A stretch of DNA of 64,000 nucleotides from Desulfobacterales bacterium (GCA_963668645.2 CAXXWC010000013.1:243615-307614); one strand, 5' to 3'. Positions 50,395 through 61,499 are shown, numbered from the stretch's first letter. The notes: generated from the sequence alone by a model not told the origin. Numbers and translations are program-made.

Positions 50395-51732
50395 GTGACC
50401 GCCACCGGCCGTCGGACCGTTTACCTTTTGAGCCTGGGATGTGCCCGCAACCAAGTGGACAGCGAGACCATGCTCGGCAGACTTGCGGCCGAGGGATGGG
50501 CGGTGATCCAGGATCCGGCCGCAGCCGAGGCCATCGTGGTCAATACGTGCAGTTTCATCGAGGATGCGGCCAACGAGTCCATCGACGCGATTCTCGAGAT
50601 GGCGGCCTTCAAAGACAGCGGCCGCTGCCGCCGGCTGATCGTCACCGGATGCCTTCCCGAGCGTTACCGGGAAGATATCACCACCGCCCTGCCCGAGGTG
50701 GACCAATTTCTCGGCACCGGGGCCTTCGACCGGATCGTGGCGGCCCTGGGCGACAACGACCCCGGCCTGCCGGCCTGTCTTTTGCCCAACCCGGATGCCA
50801 TCGCTCCGGCCCCGGCCGATCTGATGCGCTGGCGCACCCCGGCCCCTTCGGCCTACCTGAAGATTGCCGAAGGTTGCAGCCGCCATTGCACCTACTGCAT
50901 CATTCCCCGGCTGCGGGGCCGGCAAAAGAGCGTGGCGCCGGATCTGCTTGAAGCCGAAGCGCGGCGCCTGCTGGCCGGCGGGGTGCGCGAACTGGTCCTG
51001 GTGGCCCAGGACACCACCGCCTACGGCACCGACTTCCTACCGCCGGGCCATCTGGCCGACCTGCTCGAACGGCTGGCGGTGGCGGCATCCGGGGCGTGGC
51101 TGCGGCTGCTCTACGGCCATCCGGAAAGCATCGACGAGCGGATCATCGATGCCATGGGCCGCCTGGCCGACGTCTGCCCCTATTTCGACATCCCGATCCA
51201 GCACGCCAGCGACACGGTGCTGCGCCGCATGGGCCGCGGTCACGGCGGCAGGGGGTTACGCGACCTGTTCGCCCGCATCCGGCGCCAGGTGCCCGGGGCC
51301 TCGCTGCGCACCACGGTGATCGTCGGCTTTCCCGGCGAGACCGAGGCCGATTTTGAAACCCTGCTCGAATTCGTGGACGCTGTCGGGTTTGACCATCTGG
51401 GTGCATTTGTCTATTCCGACCATGAGGATCTTGCGTCCCACCGGCTTTGCGATCACGTGCCGGCCGCCGCGGCGCGCAAACGATACCAGCGACTTATGGC
51501 CCTGCAGCAGAAGATTTCCGCCGCGCGCAACCGCCGCCACCTGGACCGCATCTACCCGGTGCTGATCGAGTCCGCTCCGGAACCGGGGCTTTTCGAAGGG
51601 CGCACCATGTTCCAGGCCCCGGAGGTAGACGGGGTCACCTATGTGCGCGGCCGCGGGCTGGCGGTGGGTCAGATCTGCCCGGTGGTGATCCGCGATACGC
51701 TCGAGTACGACCTGATGGGAGAACCGGCATGA
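50395..51732 (+). CDS. rimO: Ribosomal protein S12 methylthiotransferase
   Basis: SLGCARNQVDSE, NTCSFI, KIAEGCSRHCTYCIIP and APEVDG motifs. Start approximate. Confidence 0.93.
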   Translation: MTATGRRTVYLLSLGCARNQVDSETMLGRLAAEGWAVIQDPAAAEAIVVNTCSFIEDAANESIDAILEMAAFKDSGRCRRLIVTGCLPERYREDITTALPEVDQFLGTGAFDRIVAALGDNDPGLPACLLPNPDAIAPAPADLMRWRTPAPSAYLKIAEGCSRHCTYCIIPRLRGRQKSVAPDLLEAEARRLLAGGVRELVLVAQDTTAYGTDFLPPGHLADLLERLAVAASGAWLRLLYGHPESIDERIIDAMGRLADVCPYFDIPIQHASDTVLRRMGRGHGGRGLRDLFARIRRQVPGASLRTTVIVGFPGETEADFETLLEFVDAVGFDHLGAFVYSDHEDLASHRLCDHVPAAAARKRYQRLMALQQKISAARNRRHLDRIYPVLIESAPEPGLFEGRTMFQAPEVDGVTYVRGRGLAVGQICPVVIRDTLEYDLMGEPA

Positions 51733-52715
51733 ACGACGACCACCTGAAAGAACGGATCCTTGCCGAAACCCGGGCCGATCTGGCCGCCATCGAGACGGCC
51801 CTGGTGCAGAACCTCACCCCCCACCTCGATCTGGTGCGCCGGATCGCCGGGCACCTGCTCTTTGCGGGCGGCAAGCGTCTGCGTCCGCTGCTGATGGTGC
51901 TCTGCGCCCGATTGTGTGGCTACCGGGGCGATTACGATGTGACTTTTTCCACCATCTTCGAATATATTCATGCCGCCACCTTGCTGCACGACGATGTGAT
52001 CGACGCCGGGACCCTGCGCCGCGGCCAGCCGGCGGCCCACCGGGTCTGGGATCCGGCCCAGGTGGTGCTGACCGGGGACTTCCTGCTGGCCCGGGCCCTT
52101 TCCATCGCCGCGCGCACAGGCATGGCGCGGGTCATCGAGGTCGTGGCGGCGGTGACCGAGGAGATGGCCCAGGGTGAGATCCTGCAGTTGGAGTGCAAAG
52201 GGCGGCTCGATCTGGACGAAGACGCCTACCTGCGCATCATCGGCTGCAAGACCGCCGTTCTTTTTCAAGGGGCCTGTTGCATCAGCGCCATCCTGGCCCA
52301 GGCCTCCGCCAGCCACGAAAAGGCCCTGGCCGACTATGGTTTTCACCTGGGACTGGCCTTTCAGATCGCCGACGACCTGCTCGACTACACCCAGGACTCC
52401 ACCGCCCTGGGCAAACTGCCTGGGGCCGATTTGCGCGAGGGCAAGCTCACGCTGCCGGTGATCCATGCCTTGGCCGGGGCGCCCGCATCCGAGCGCCAGC
52501 GCATGGCGCGCATCGTTTCCGGTCTGGATTTTTCGGCCGACGATTTTCAAGCCCTGATCGGCCTGCTGCGGCGCTACGGCGGTATCGACTATGCCCGGAC
52601 GATGGCCGCCGGGCATGTGGGCAAAGCCAAGGATGCCCTGGCCTTGTTTCCCGACTCGACGGCGCGCGCGATTCTGACGGATATCGCCGAATACGCCTTG
52701 TCGCGCCAGTCCTGA
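51729..52715 (+). CDS. ispB: Polyprenyl diphosphate synthase (IspB-like)
   Basis: GGKRLRP, LLHDDVID and FQIADDLLD motifs; ATGA overlap with rimO. Confidence 0.85.
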   Translation: MNDDHLKERILAETRADLAAIETALVQNLTPHLDLVRRIAGHLLFAGGKRLRPLLMVLCARLCGYRGDYDVTFSTIFEYIHAATLLHDDVIDAGTLRRGQPAAHRVWDPAQVVLTGDFLLARALSIAARTGMARVIEVVAAVTEEMAQGEILQLECKGRLDLDEDAYLRIIGCKTAVLFQGACCISAILAQASASHEKALADYGFHLGLAFQIADDLLDYTQDSTALGKLPGADLREGKLTLPVIHALAGAPASERQRMARIVSGLDFSADDFQALIGLLRRYGGIDYARTMAAGHVGKAKDALALFPDSTARAILTDIAEYALSRQS

Positions 52716-52749
52716 GCAAAGTTTAACCCCGAAACAGCGAGGCACCAGA

Positions 52750-53475
52750 ATGATGATTTCGTGCCCATCCGGCTTGCGCCAAATCGTGATGTTGATTTTG
52801 GCGCTCCTGGTTTTCTCAAATCCGGCGGCGGCTACCGGCACCGATGGAGTTGACCCCGCCGTGGCGGTGGTCGGTGCCGGTTCCGTTGCCAGAAGCGATC
52901 CGGCCGCCGCCCGCCAGGAGGCGATTCACTGCGCAAGCCTTGCCGCGGTGGAAACGGCAGTGGCTCAAATCCTGCCTGTGGAGGCCATCGCCCAGCATTT
53001 CGCATCCCTCAACGAGCAGATCTACAACCGGGCCGGAACCTTTGTGCTCAACTACAAGGTGCTGGCCGAATGGCAGGCCGAGGGCCAATACCGGCTTTTG
53101 ATGGCGTGCACCCTGGCGGTGGACCGGCTCAAGGATGAGATCGAGCGAAGCACTGTCGTCACCGAGACGGCGGCAGGATCGGATCCGCTCCAGGCGCCGG
53201 CCGTCAATGAGGTGCACGCCGTCACCATCCTGGTGCGCGGGGCAGAGCCCCTGGCCAATTTCGTCCGTTTCCGGCGGATCCTCGGCGGGCTGCCCGGGGT
53301 GGAAAATGTCCAGACCCGGGAAATGGGCGGCAATCAGGCGACCCTCCAGATCCGTTTCAAAGGTGAGCCGGCGGTCTTGGCCGGGGCCATCGGCCAGATC
53401 AACACCGATGCCTTCCACCTGCAGATCTTCGAGGCGACAGCAGATCACATCGGGGTGGACCTGTTGCCCCGGTGA
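52750..53475 (+). CDS. Exported protein with an FlgT N-terminal-like domain
   Basis: Signal peptide; ARQEAI...AAVETAV...FVLNYKVLAE pattern. Confidence 0.5.
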   Translation: MMISCPSGLRQIVMLILALLVFSNPAAATGTDGVDPAVAVVGAGSVARSDPAAARQEAIHCASLAAVETAVAQILPVEAIAQHFASLNEQIYNRAGTFVLNYKVLAEWQAEGQYRLLMACTLAVDRLKDEIERSTVVTETAAGSDPLQAPAVNEVHAVTILVRGAEPLANFVRFRRILGGLPGVENVQTREMGGNQATLQIRFKGEPAVLAGAIGQINTDAFHLQIFEATADHIGVDLLPR

Positions 53476-53502
53476 GCCCTCGCGGGGCCGCTTGCAGCGT
53501 GA

Positions 53503-55200
53503 TTAGAGGCTCCCTTTGCGCAAGATGGCGATCAGCAGCCAGATGCCCAGCACGGCGGCGGCCAGAAATCCGATCAGCCCGAGCATGGAGATGCCGAAAA
53601 AGAGGGGCGGGGTCTTGGAAATCACGATCAGGGCCGAGCCGATGAGCAGGGCGGCGATGATCAGGGCGAAGGCGATGCGGTTGCTCATCTGGTCGTGGGT
53701 GGCCAGCATCCGGTCCATGCCGAGAAGTTCGTGCCGGCAGCTCAGGCGCCCCTGGCGCGCCAGGCGTGCCAGGGACATCAGGTCCTCGGGCATTTGCCCG
53801 ACGAACTGCTTGAGGGTCGAGGCGATGTTGAGCAGATCCCCGGTAATGCGCCCCGGATGAAGACGGGCCATCTTGACGTGGAAAATGAAGGGTCGGGCCC
53901 GCGCGAAAATATCGAACTGCGGATCGAGGCGCCGTGCGACGCCCTCCACCGAGGTGATGGCCTTCATCATCATGAACAGGCTGGCCGGGATGCGCAGGCG
54001 GTGCTTGGAAGCCAGCTCGAGCAAGCGGTTGATCAGCCGGCCCAGTTCGATCTCCTGCAAAGGCTTGTACAGGAACTGACCGACGAAGTCGGCCACGTCG
54101 CGTTCGATGCGGCGCCGGTCCGGCTCCTGTTCCCACTCGGTGATCTTGAGCAGTACCTGGGCGGCCCGGGCTTCGTGGCGGTGGACCACCGCATCGATCA
54201 GATCAACGAAATCTTCGCGGGTATGCCGGTCGATGGTGCCGGTCATCCCCAGGTCGAGCATGCAGATCACGTTGTCGGGCAAGACGAAGAGATTGCCCGG
54301 ATGGGGATCGGCGTGGAAAAATCCGTGCACGAAAATCTGTTTTAAGACCAGATCGGCGCCGCGTTCGGTGATCAGGTGCCGGTCGAGCCCGGCGGCATCC
54401 AGTTGGGCCGTCTCGGAGATTTTTATCCCCGGTATGAATTCGCAGGTCAAAACCCGCATCGCGGAGTACTGCCGGAAAACGGCCGGGATGTAGGCGGTGG
54501 GGTCGTCCAGGAACAGGCGCGCCATGCGCTGCATGTTGCTCGCTTCGATGGTATAGTCGATTTCCCGTTCCAGGGTTTGGGCGAATTCCTCCACGATCCG
54601 CACCGGGCGGTGCAACGCCAGCTCCGTCACATGGCGCTCGGCCAGGGTGGCCAGGTGCAGCATGATTTCCAGATCGATTTCGATGATGCGCCGGATTCCG
54701 GGCCGCTGGACCTTGACCGCCACCGTTTCCCCGTCTTTGAGTTCGGCGCGGTGCACCTGGCCGATGGAAGCCGAGGCCATCGGCTCGGGGTCAAAACGCG
54801 CGAAGATCTCTTCGGGAGGATGGCCCAGTTCGCCGGTGACGACCCGGCGGACCTCTTCCAGGCTGAAGGGCGGTACGTGATCCTGGAGCTTGGCCAGCTC
54901 GTTGAGAAATTCCACCGGAACCAGGTCCGGACGGGTGGAAAGGATCTGGCCGAACTTGACGAAGGTCGGCCCCAGCTCTTCGAGAATCATCCGTACCCGC
55001 TCGGCCCGGGTCAGGCGTTCGAGCCTTTCCCTGGGCTTGCGGTGGATCATTTGCAGGGCGATATCGATGTAACGATCGATATTGAGCCGCGCGACCAGAT
55101 CTTCGAACCCGTAGGTGAACAGGGCGCCGAGGATCTGGCGGTAGCGGTTCAGGTTGCGGTAGGTGCGCCCGATGACGCCTATTTTGCGGATGCTGAGCAT
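53503..55200 (-). CDS. AarF/ABC1/UbiB kinase family protein
   Basis: LGPTFVKFGQILSTRPD, ASIGQVH, VAVKVQRP and FFHADPHPGN motifs. Confidence 0.93.
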   Translation of the reverse strand: MLSIRKIGVIGRTYRNLNRYRQILGALFTYGFEDLVARLNIDRYIDIALQMIHRKPRERLERLTRAERVRMILEELGPTFVKFGQILSTRPDLVPVEFLNELAKLQDHVPPFSLEEVRRVVTGELGHPPEEIFARFDPEPMASASIGQVHRAELKDGETVAVKVQRPGIRRIIEIDLEIMLHLATLAERHVTELALHRPVRIVEEFAQTLEREIDYTIEASNMQRMARLFLDDPTAYIPAVFRQYSAMRVLTCEFIPGIKISETAQLDAAGLDRHLITERGADLVLKQIFVHGFFHADPHPGNLFVLPDNVICMLDLGMTGTIDRHTREDFVDLIDAVVHRHEARAAQVLLKITEWEQEPDRRRIERDVADFVGQFLYKPLQEIELGRLINRLLELASKHRLRIPASLFMMMKAITSVEGVARRLDPQFDIFARARPFIFHVKMARLHPGRITGDLLNIASTLKQFVGQMPEDLMSLARLARQGRLSCRHELLGMDRMLATHDQMSNRIAFALIIAALLIGSALIVISKTPPLFFGISMLGLIGFLAAAVLGIWLLIAILRKGSL

Positions 55201-55232
55201 GGCGCGGGCCTGGTGTTGGAAAGGCGGGACGA

Positions 55233-55559
55233 CTACTCGGCCTTGGCGTCAGCACCCTGGCTGACCGCCTTTTTCAGGTCGCGGATCTCTTTTTTAAGGG
55301 CCTTGAGATCTTCTCCGGTGACGATGTCGGCCTTCTTGAGAAAGACCTGCACCGCGTCTTCAACCCGCTTTTCCAGCCGTTGCTGGACGTCTTCGTAACG
55401 CTTTTCCAGGTCCTGGAGAAACTTTTCGGCGTCCTTTTCACCCATGTCGAATTTCTTGCCGAATTCGCGGGCCAGCTTCTCCATCTCATCCTTGGCCATC
55501 AGGCCCATGCCGACGCCCATGATGAGGGTCTTCTTGAAAAATTCACCCGGTTCGACCAT
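55233..55559 (-). CDS. Phasin-like coiled-coil protein
   Basis: KKTLIMGVG... helical protein ending in a coiled coil, directly upstream of the ABC1 kinase; AGGAGG RBS. Confidence 0.7.
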   Translation of the reverse strand: MVEPGEFFKKTLIMGVGMGLMAKDEMEKLAREFGKKFDMGEKDAEKFLQDLEKRYEDVQQRLEKRVEDAVQVFLKKADIVTGEDLKALKKEIRDLKKAVSQGADAKAE

Positions 55560-55640
55560 AACGCCTCCTTGGCGGTAAAAGTAAGGGAAAACATCGGCTT
55601 TTCGTCCGGCCGGGCGACGGCCGCCCGGCCGGCGGGCAGC

Positions 55641-56798
55641 CTATTTGAGTTTGCCGAGCACAGCGCTGGCGATGGTGTTTTTCTGGATCTCCTTGGTGCC
55701 TTCGTACAGCTCGGTGATCTTGGCGTCGCGATAGAAGCGCTCCACCTCGTATTCCGCCATGTAGCCGTACCCGCCCAGGAGCTGGATCGCCTCGTCGCAC
55801 ACCTCCACCGCGGTGCGCGCGGCGGTCATCTTGGCCATGGAGGTCAGTTTGGGATCGATGCGCCCCTGATCGAAGTTCCAGGCCGCCTTGTAGGTGATCA
55901 GGCGGGCCAGTTCGATCTTGGTGGCCATGTCGGCCAGCTTGTGCTGGGTGGCCTGGAGGTTGGCGATGGGCTTGCCAAACTGCTCGCGGCCCTTGACATA
56001 GGTCAGTGCCCGGTCGAATGCGCCCTGCGCGGTTCCCAGCCCCTGAGCCGCGATGAGGATGCGGCTTTCGTCGAAAAATTCGAGAACCTGGTAAAAGCCG
56101 CGGCCTTCCTTGCCGATGAGGTTGTCGGCAGGCACGCGCACATCCTTGAAGGTCACCTCGGCGGTGTGCATGATCTGGATTCCCATCTTGCGCCCGACGT
56201 CGGTGGCGTTCACCCCCGGCCGGTCGGCCTCGACCAGGATCAGGCTCAACCCCCGGTGCGGCGGTGAGGCCTGTTCATCGGTCTGGCACAGGACGCTGTA
56301 GAAACCGGCCAGCGGACCGCCGTTGGTAATGAAAATCTTGGTGCCGTTGATCACCCACTCGTCACCGTCTTTGACCGCCACGGTGTCCATGCGGGTGATA
56401 TCGCTGCCATGGTTCGGTTCGGTAAAGGCGCCACATGACAGGACTTCGCCCTCGGCCACCTTGGGCAGCCATTTTTCTTTTTGGGCTTCGGAGCCGAAAT
56501 GCAGGACGATCTCCGAGGCAAAATCGGCCAACATCAGGCAGGCGCCCACGGACGAATCGCCGCGGCACAGCTCCTCGGCCACCAGGATGTTCTCCATTAC
56601 CCCCAGCCCCTGGCCGGAGTATTTTTCAGGAAAATGAATACCGATAAAACCCAGCTCCGCCGCCTTTTTCCAGATGTCCACCGGATAGGCGTGGGCTTCG
56701 ATCAAGGCCTCGATGGCATCCTTCTTAAACTCGCCCTTCACAAAGTCCCGCACCGCTTTTTGAATTTCTTTTTGCTCCTTGCTCAGTTCGAATTGCAT
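55641..56798 (-). CDS. Acyl-CoA dehydrogenase
   Basis: FTEPNHGSD, NGTKIFITNG, REQFGKPI, GGYGY and YEGTKEIQ motifs. Confidence 0.95.
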   Translation of the reverse strand: MQFELSKEQKEIQKAVRDFVKGEFKKDAIEALIEAHAYPVDIWKKAAELGFIGIHFPEKYSGQGLGVMENILVAEELCRGDSSVGACLMLADFASEIVLHFGSEAQKEKWLPKVAEGEVLSCGAFTEPNHGSDITRMDTVAVKDGDEWVINGTKIFITNGGPLAGFYSVLCQTDEQASPPHRGLSLILVEADRPGVNATDVGRKMGIQIMHTAEVTFKDVRVPADNLIGKEGRGFYQVLEFFDESRILIAAQGLGTAQGAFDRALTYVKGREQFGKPIANLQATQHKLADMATKIELARLITYKAAWNFDQGRIDPKLTSMAKMTAARTAVEVCDEAIQLLGGYGYMAEYEVERFYRDAKITELYEGTKEIQKNTIASAVLGKLK

Positions 56799-57220
56799 GC
56801 CGACTCCCCTTTACGTTGATCGGTTCTGAACCGGCGGATCCGTGCGGCCCCCCTGCGGGCGTTACGGCTGCCATGCACCGGGCACCACGCCCGATGACTC
56901 CAGTCTGCCTGACTTTTAGCCTCGCAAGCGCTGCTGCCGCTTCAGGCCGGGGATCGCCGGTGGGGGGGCGGCGACCAATACTTAATGTTTATGGCCGGTT
57001 ATCACATAAGCAGGCCGAATGCAAGGCGTTTTACCCGCCGCTCCAGAAGCGGGCCGGCGGGCCGTGGTGCCGGCGGCGCCAAGACCCCCGCAGCGCCTTG
57101 AAGCGGCCTCGAAGCAGGGAAAAGAAGCTTGACGCAAGGCGCCAAACGAGCTTAATTGACAACCGATAATCTGGTTTGAATCAACTTTTGAAGTCACGGC
57201 AGAAAGGATCGATCTGGATC

Positions 57221-57970
57221 ATGCCTTATACCATCGCACTGGCCGGCAAGGGCGGTACCGGCAAGACCACCGTGGCCGGTCTTTTGGTCAAGTATCTGGT
57301 CAACCATGGGAAAAAGCCGGTCTTGGCCGTCGATGCGGATGCCAACGCCAACTTGAACGAAGTTCTGGGCCTCGAGGTCCACGACACCCTGGGCAATGCC
57401 CGCGAAGATATGAAAAAAGGCAAGGTGCCCAGCGGCATGACCAAGGATATTTTCATCTCCATGCGCATGGAAGAGGCCATCGCCGAGGCCGAGGGGTATG
57501 ATCTGGTGGTTATGGGACAGCCCGAGGGGGCCGGATGCTACTGCGCGGCCAACACCCTCTTGACCAACTTTTTGGGCAAGTTGACCGGCAACTATCCTTA
57601 CATCGTGATGGATAACGAAGCGGGCATGGAGCACATCAGCCGGCTGACTACCCGCAACGTGGACGTCCTGTTGATCGTCGCCGATACCTCGCGCAGGGCC
57701 ATTCAGGCTGCCGGGCGGATCAACGAGTTGGCCAAGGAGCTGAACATCGGGGTCAAAAAGAGCTATCTGGTGGTCAACCAGGTGCGCGAATCCTTCTCGC
57801 AGGCACTGCTGGACCCGGTGTTGGGCAACGGGCTGGAGCTGGCCGGAACCATCCCCGAGGACCGGCGGATTTACGAGTACGACCTGAACGGTCGGCCCAC
57901 CGTGGCGCTGCCGGAAGAGAGCCCCGCCATGAAGGCCGCCTGGGACATTTTCGACCGCATCATTGCCTGA
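57221..57970 (+). CDS. cooC: CooC/AcsF-type nickel-insertion ATPase
   Basis: GKGGTGKTT, DADAN, GCYC and DNEAGMEH motifs. Confidence 0.88.
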   Translation: MPYTIALAGKGGTGKTTVAGLLVKYLVNHGKKPVLAVDADANANLNEVLGLEVHDTLGNAREDMKKGKVPSGMTKDIFISMRMEEAIAEAEGYDLVVMGQPEGAGCYCAANTLLTNFLGKLTGNYPYIVMDNEAGMEHISRLTTRNVDVLLIVADTSRRAIQAAGRINELAKELNIGVKKSYLVVNQVRESFSQALLDPVLGNGLELAGTIPEDRRIYEYDLNGRPTVALPEESPAMKAAWDIFDRIIA

Positions 57971-58064
57971 AGGCGCCACCCCGCCGCCACCCCGCCACGG
58001 GTCCGGCACAGGGTCTCCCGGCGTCGTTGCGTTGCGCAATGGTCGCGACGAAACGGAAGGCGCG

Positions 58065-59027
58065 ATGAAGAGAACTGGCTATCTATACGACTTGCGCTAT
58101 CTTCTGCACGACACCGGCCCGTACCACCCCGAATGCTCGGAGCGCATCCAGGCCATTCACAAAGGCATCGAATCCGCCGGGCTGATCGAGCGGCTCAAGC
58201 GGATCCGTGCCGAGCCTGCCGATATGCGCTGGATCGAGGCGGTGCATTCAACCGCCTATATCCGCCGTTTCGAGGAGCTTTGTCTCAACGGACACCGGAT
58301 CTTCGATTTTCCCGACAACCAGATGTGCCCCGAGACCTACGAGATCGCCATCCTGGCCGTCGGCGGGGTGATCGAGGCGGTGCGCCAGGTGATGGCCGGC
58401 GAGATCGACAACGCCTTTTGCGCCGTGCGCCCGCCCGGCCATCACGCCGAAACCAACCAGGCCATGGGCTTTTGCTATTTCAACAACGTGGCTATCGCGG
58501 CGCGCTACCTGCAAACCGAATGGCAGGTGCAGCGGATCGGGATCATCGATTTTGACGTCCACCACGGCAACGGGACCCAGCACGTTTTCGAGCAGGATCC
58601 TTGCGTGTTTTACTATTCGTGCCACGAACATCCCACCTTCGCCTTTCCCGGCACCGGGCGCGCGTTTGAAAAAGGGGAGGGACCGGGGCTTGGCGCCACG
58701 CGCAACTGGCCCGTTCTGCCCGGCCAGGGGGACGCGGAATACCGCCAGCTCATCGAAGAGGATCTGGTGCCGGAGATGGATCGCTTCAAGCCGGAGGTGG
58801 TGCTGGTCTCGTGCGGGTTCGACGCCCACGATGAGGACGATATGTCCGATGTCCGCCTGACCACGGCGGGTTACAGCCATATCATGCAAGAGGTCGTCGG
58901 CATCGCCGAAAGGCATGCCGGCGGGCGTCTCGTATCGGTTCTCGAAGGGGGCTACTGTTTGGCCAGGCTGCCGGAATTGGCCAGCAACCATGTCAAGATA
59001 TTGCTCGGTGAAGACCTGGCCGCCTGA
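58065..59027 (+). CDS. Zn-dependent histone deacetylase family protein
   Basis: HPE, RPPGHH, GFCYFNN, DFDVHHGNGTQ, GFDAH and LEGGY motifs. Confidence 0.93.
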   Translation: MKRTGYLYDLRYLLHDTGPYHPECSERIQAIHKGIESAGLIERLKRIRAEPADMRWIEAVHSTAYIRRFEELCLNGHRIFDFPDNQMCPETYEIAILAVGGVIEAVRQVMAGEIDNAFCAVRPPGHHAETNQAMGFCYFNNVAIAARYLQTEWQVQRIGIIDFDVHHGNGTQHVFEQDPCVFYYSCHEHPTFAFPGTGRAFEKGEGPGLGATRNWPVLPGQGDAEYRQLIEEDLVPEMDRFKPEVVLVSCGFDAHDEDDMSDVRLTTAGYSHIMQEVVGIAERHAGGRLVSVLEGGYCLARLPELASNHVKILLGEDLAA

Positions 59028-59072
59028 TGGCCGCCGGGCCGGTGCGGGTCTTCGGAGAAACCGGAGGGATCC

Positions 59073-59771
59073 ATGTTCGTCCATCGCTCCATGACGTCCA
59101 AGGTAATTACCATCGGCAAGGACGCCGGCATCCATGAGGTGCGCCAGTTGATGACGCAGCACAAGATCCGGCATGTGCCGGTGGTCGACGAGAACGATCG
59201 GTTGATCGGCATCGTCACCGACCGGGACATCCGCAGTGCCCTGCCGTTGGAAATGCTCAAGTTCCCCGAACGGTGCCAGGAGTTGTGCCAGCAGCTTGCA
59301 TCGATCACCCAGATCAAGGTAGCCGACATCATGACCGCCGACCCGGTGACCATCGGCCCCCATGATACCATCGAGGACGCCCTTTTGATGTTCCAGCGGC
59401 ACAAGGTGGGCGCCTTTCCGGTGGTCGACGCCCAGGCACGGCTTACGGGGATCATATCGGTGCGCGATCTGCTGCGGGCTTTTACCAATGTGCTGGGCAT
59501 CGGCCAGCCGGGGACCCTGCTGTGCATCCTGGTCGAGGAGAAGGTCGGGCAGCTCAAACGGATCGTGGACGCCATCACCGAAGAAGGGATCAGCTTCGGC
59601 AGCGTGCTCGTGGCGCGCTACTGGGACGAGAACAAACGCGCCGTCTTTCCCTATCTGCTGACCAACAACGTGGCCCGCATCAAACGCAAGCTCAAGGACA
59701 TGGGATACGAACTGCTCGATCCGATGGAATGGTACATCGACCAACTGCCCAAGCATGATCCCCACGACTGA
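59073..59771 (+). CDS. AcuB-like CBS-pair plus ACT domain protein
   Basis: Tandem CBS domains (IRHVPVV, GIVTDRD, GIISVRD) and an ACT-like C-terminus. Confidence 0.85.
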   Translation: MFVHRSMTSKVITIGKDAGIHEVRQLMTQHKIRHVPVVDENDRLIGIVTDRDIRSALPLEMLKFPERCQELCQQLASITQIKVADIMTADPVTIGPHDTIEDALLMFQRHKVGAFPVVDAQARLTGIISVRDLLRAFTNVLGIGQPGTLLCILVEEKVGQLKRIVDAITEEGISFGSVLVARYWDENKRAVFPYLLTNNVARIKRKLKDMGYELLDPMEWYIDQLPKHDPHD

Positions 59772-60594
59772 ACCGACGGTGGCCGTTTTGCCGGTCCGCG
59801 ATCTGTACATCTATTACCTGCGCGGGCGCCTGGGACCGGGGCGGTCTCCGGCCGGTGAGGACTTTCTGGGCAATTGGGAGGAGGACGGGTACAGTTTCCT
59901 CTTTTTCGGCCGGCCGGCCCGCCAGCAGGTCGAGGCCCTGACCGCTGAGGATCCCGGGCTGGAGCTGCTCGATGAAACCACCATGAGCTACGAGCAGTGG
60001 CAGGGCGGGCGCATCGGCACCATGACCGTGGCCGGGTTCACCCTCGTCCCGCCCTGGGAAACACCTCCACCCGCAGAGACGCCCCGCCTTATCGCCCTCG
60101 ATCCCGGACTGGTTTTCGGCAACGGCCTGCATCCGACCACCCAGGACTGCCTGGAGGCCATCGATCTGGCCGCCGGCGCCAAGGCGCCGCGGGAGGCCGT
60201 GGACCTGGGCACCGGCACCGGCGTGCTGGCCATCGCCCTGGCCCGCTGCAAGATCGGCCGGGTGCTGGCGGTGGACAACAACCCGCTGTGTGCTTTCACC
60301 GCGGCGGCCAATGTGCGGCGCAACGGCTTGCAGGACAGAATCCTGGTGGTTCGGGCACAGGCCGAGGACTTGGCCGCTGCCGGAGACCTGATGGTGGCCA
60401 ACATCCATTACGCGGTGATGGAGCGCCTTTTGAATCCTGCAAATCTGCGGCCCGGACGCCGGCTGGTGCTTTCGGGGCTGTTGCGCAGCGAGGCCCGCGA
60501 GGTCGCCGCCAGGCTTTCCGCCCTCGGGGTGCGGATCGAACGCCGGTGGACCCGCGATGCGATCTGGCATACCTTTTACGCCGTCTGTGATTGA
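59755..60594 (+). CDS. PrmA-like SAM-dependent methyltransferase
   Basis: LDPGLVFGNGLHPTT, DLGTGTGVLAI, VANI and LSGL motifs. Confidence 0.8.
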   Translation: MIPTTEPTVAVLPVRDLYIYYLRGRLGPGRSPAGEDFLGNWEEDGYSFLFFGRPARQQVEALTAEDPGLELLDETTMSYEQWQGGRIGTMTVAGFTLVPPWETPPPAETPRLIALDPGLVFGNGLHPTTQDCLEAIDLAAGAKAPREAVDLGTGTGVLAIALARCKIGRVLAVDNNPLCAFTAAANVRRNGLQDRILVVRAQAEDLAAAGDLMVANIHYAVMERLLNPANLRPGRRLVLSGLLRSEAREVAARLSALGVRIERRWTRDAIWHTFYAVCD

Positions 60595-60659
60595 ATCCGG
60601 GCGCAAAGACGACTGAAATCCAAGGACCGATGCCCCATCGGGCAGGCAAAAGAGGAGTC

Positions 60660-61499
60660 ATGCAGATTCGATGTTGGGGATCAAGGGGGTCCATACCGGT
60701 TTCGGGTATAGAGTATCTGCGCTACGGCGGAGACACCACCTGCATCGAGATCCGCAACGGTGCGGATGACATCATTATCGTGGATGCCGGCTCCGGCATC
60801 CGGCGCCTCGGCAACGCCCTGCTGGAAGAGGAACGGTTTCGCTACCATTTTATTTTTACCCATGCCCACTGGGACCATGTCATGGGGTTTCCGTTTTTCA
60901 AGCCGATTTTCCAGCCCCAAACGGAGCTGGTGATGCACAAATGCCCCTTTCAGAGTAAGTTCGTCGAGTCGATTCTCCAAAAGGTCATGTCTCCGCCAAC
61001 TTTCCCGGTGCGTTTTCGCGATCTGGTGGCCCGGATTCATTACGAGGATGCCTGCCCCGTCGATTTTGCCATCGGCTCCACCACCATTGAGCCGATACGG
61101 CTGAGCCATCCCAACTCGGGCAGCGGCTACAAGTTCTGCGAAAACGGGCGGAGTTTCGTCTTCTTGACGGACAATGAACTCGGGTTCATCCATCCCGGGG
61201 GGCTGGAATTTGACGCTTACCTCGATTTTTGCCGGGGGGCCGATCTGCTGATTCACGATGCAGAATACACTCCTGACGAGTACCGCACGGCCCGCGAATG
61301 GGGCCACTCATCATATACGGACGCCGTAGACCTGGCGCTGGCCGCCGGCGTGCGGCGCCTGGGGCTGTTTCATATCAACCAGGACCGCACCGACGATGCG
61401 TTGGACGAGGTGGTGGCGGCCTGCCGCCGTCGCATCGAGCAGGCCGGCAGCGACCTGGAATGTTTCGCCGTGGGGGCGAACATGACTTTTAAACTATGA
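60660..61499 (+). CDS. MBL-fold metallo-hydrolase
   Basis: WGSRGSIP, DAGSG, THAHWDH, TDNE and WGHS motifs. Confidence 0.9.
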   Translation: MQIRCWGSRGSIPVSGIEYLRYGGDTTCIEIRNGADDIIIVDAGSGIRRLGNALLEEERFRYHFIFTHAHWDHVMGFPFFKPIFQPQTELVMHKCPFQSKFVESILQKVMSPPTFPVRFRDLVARIHYEDACPVDFAIGSTTIEPIRLSHPNSGSGYKFCENGRSFVFLTDNELGFIHPGGLEFDAYLDFCRGADLLIHDAEYTPDEYRTAREWGHSSYTDAVDLALAAGVRRLGLFHINQDRTDDALDEVVAACRRRIEQAGSDLECFAVGANMTFKL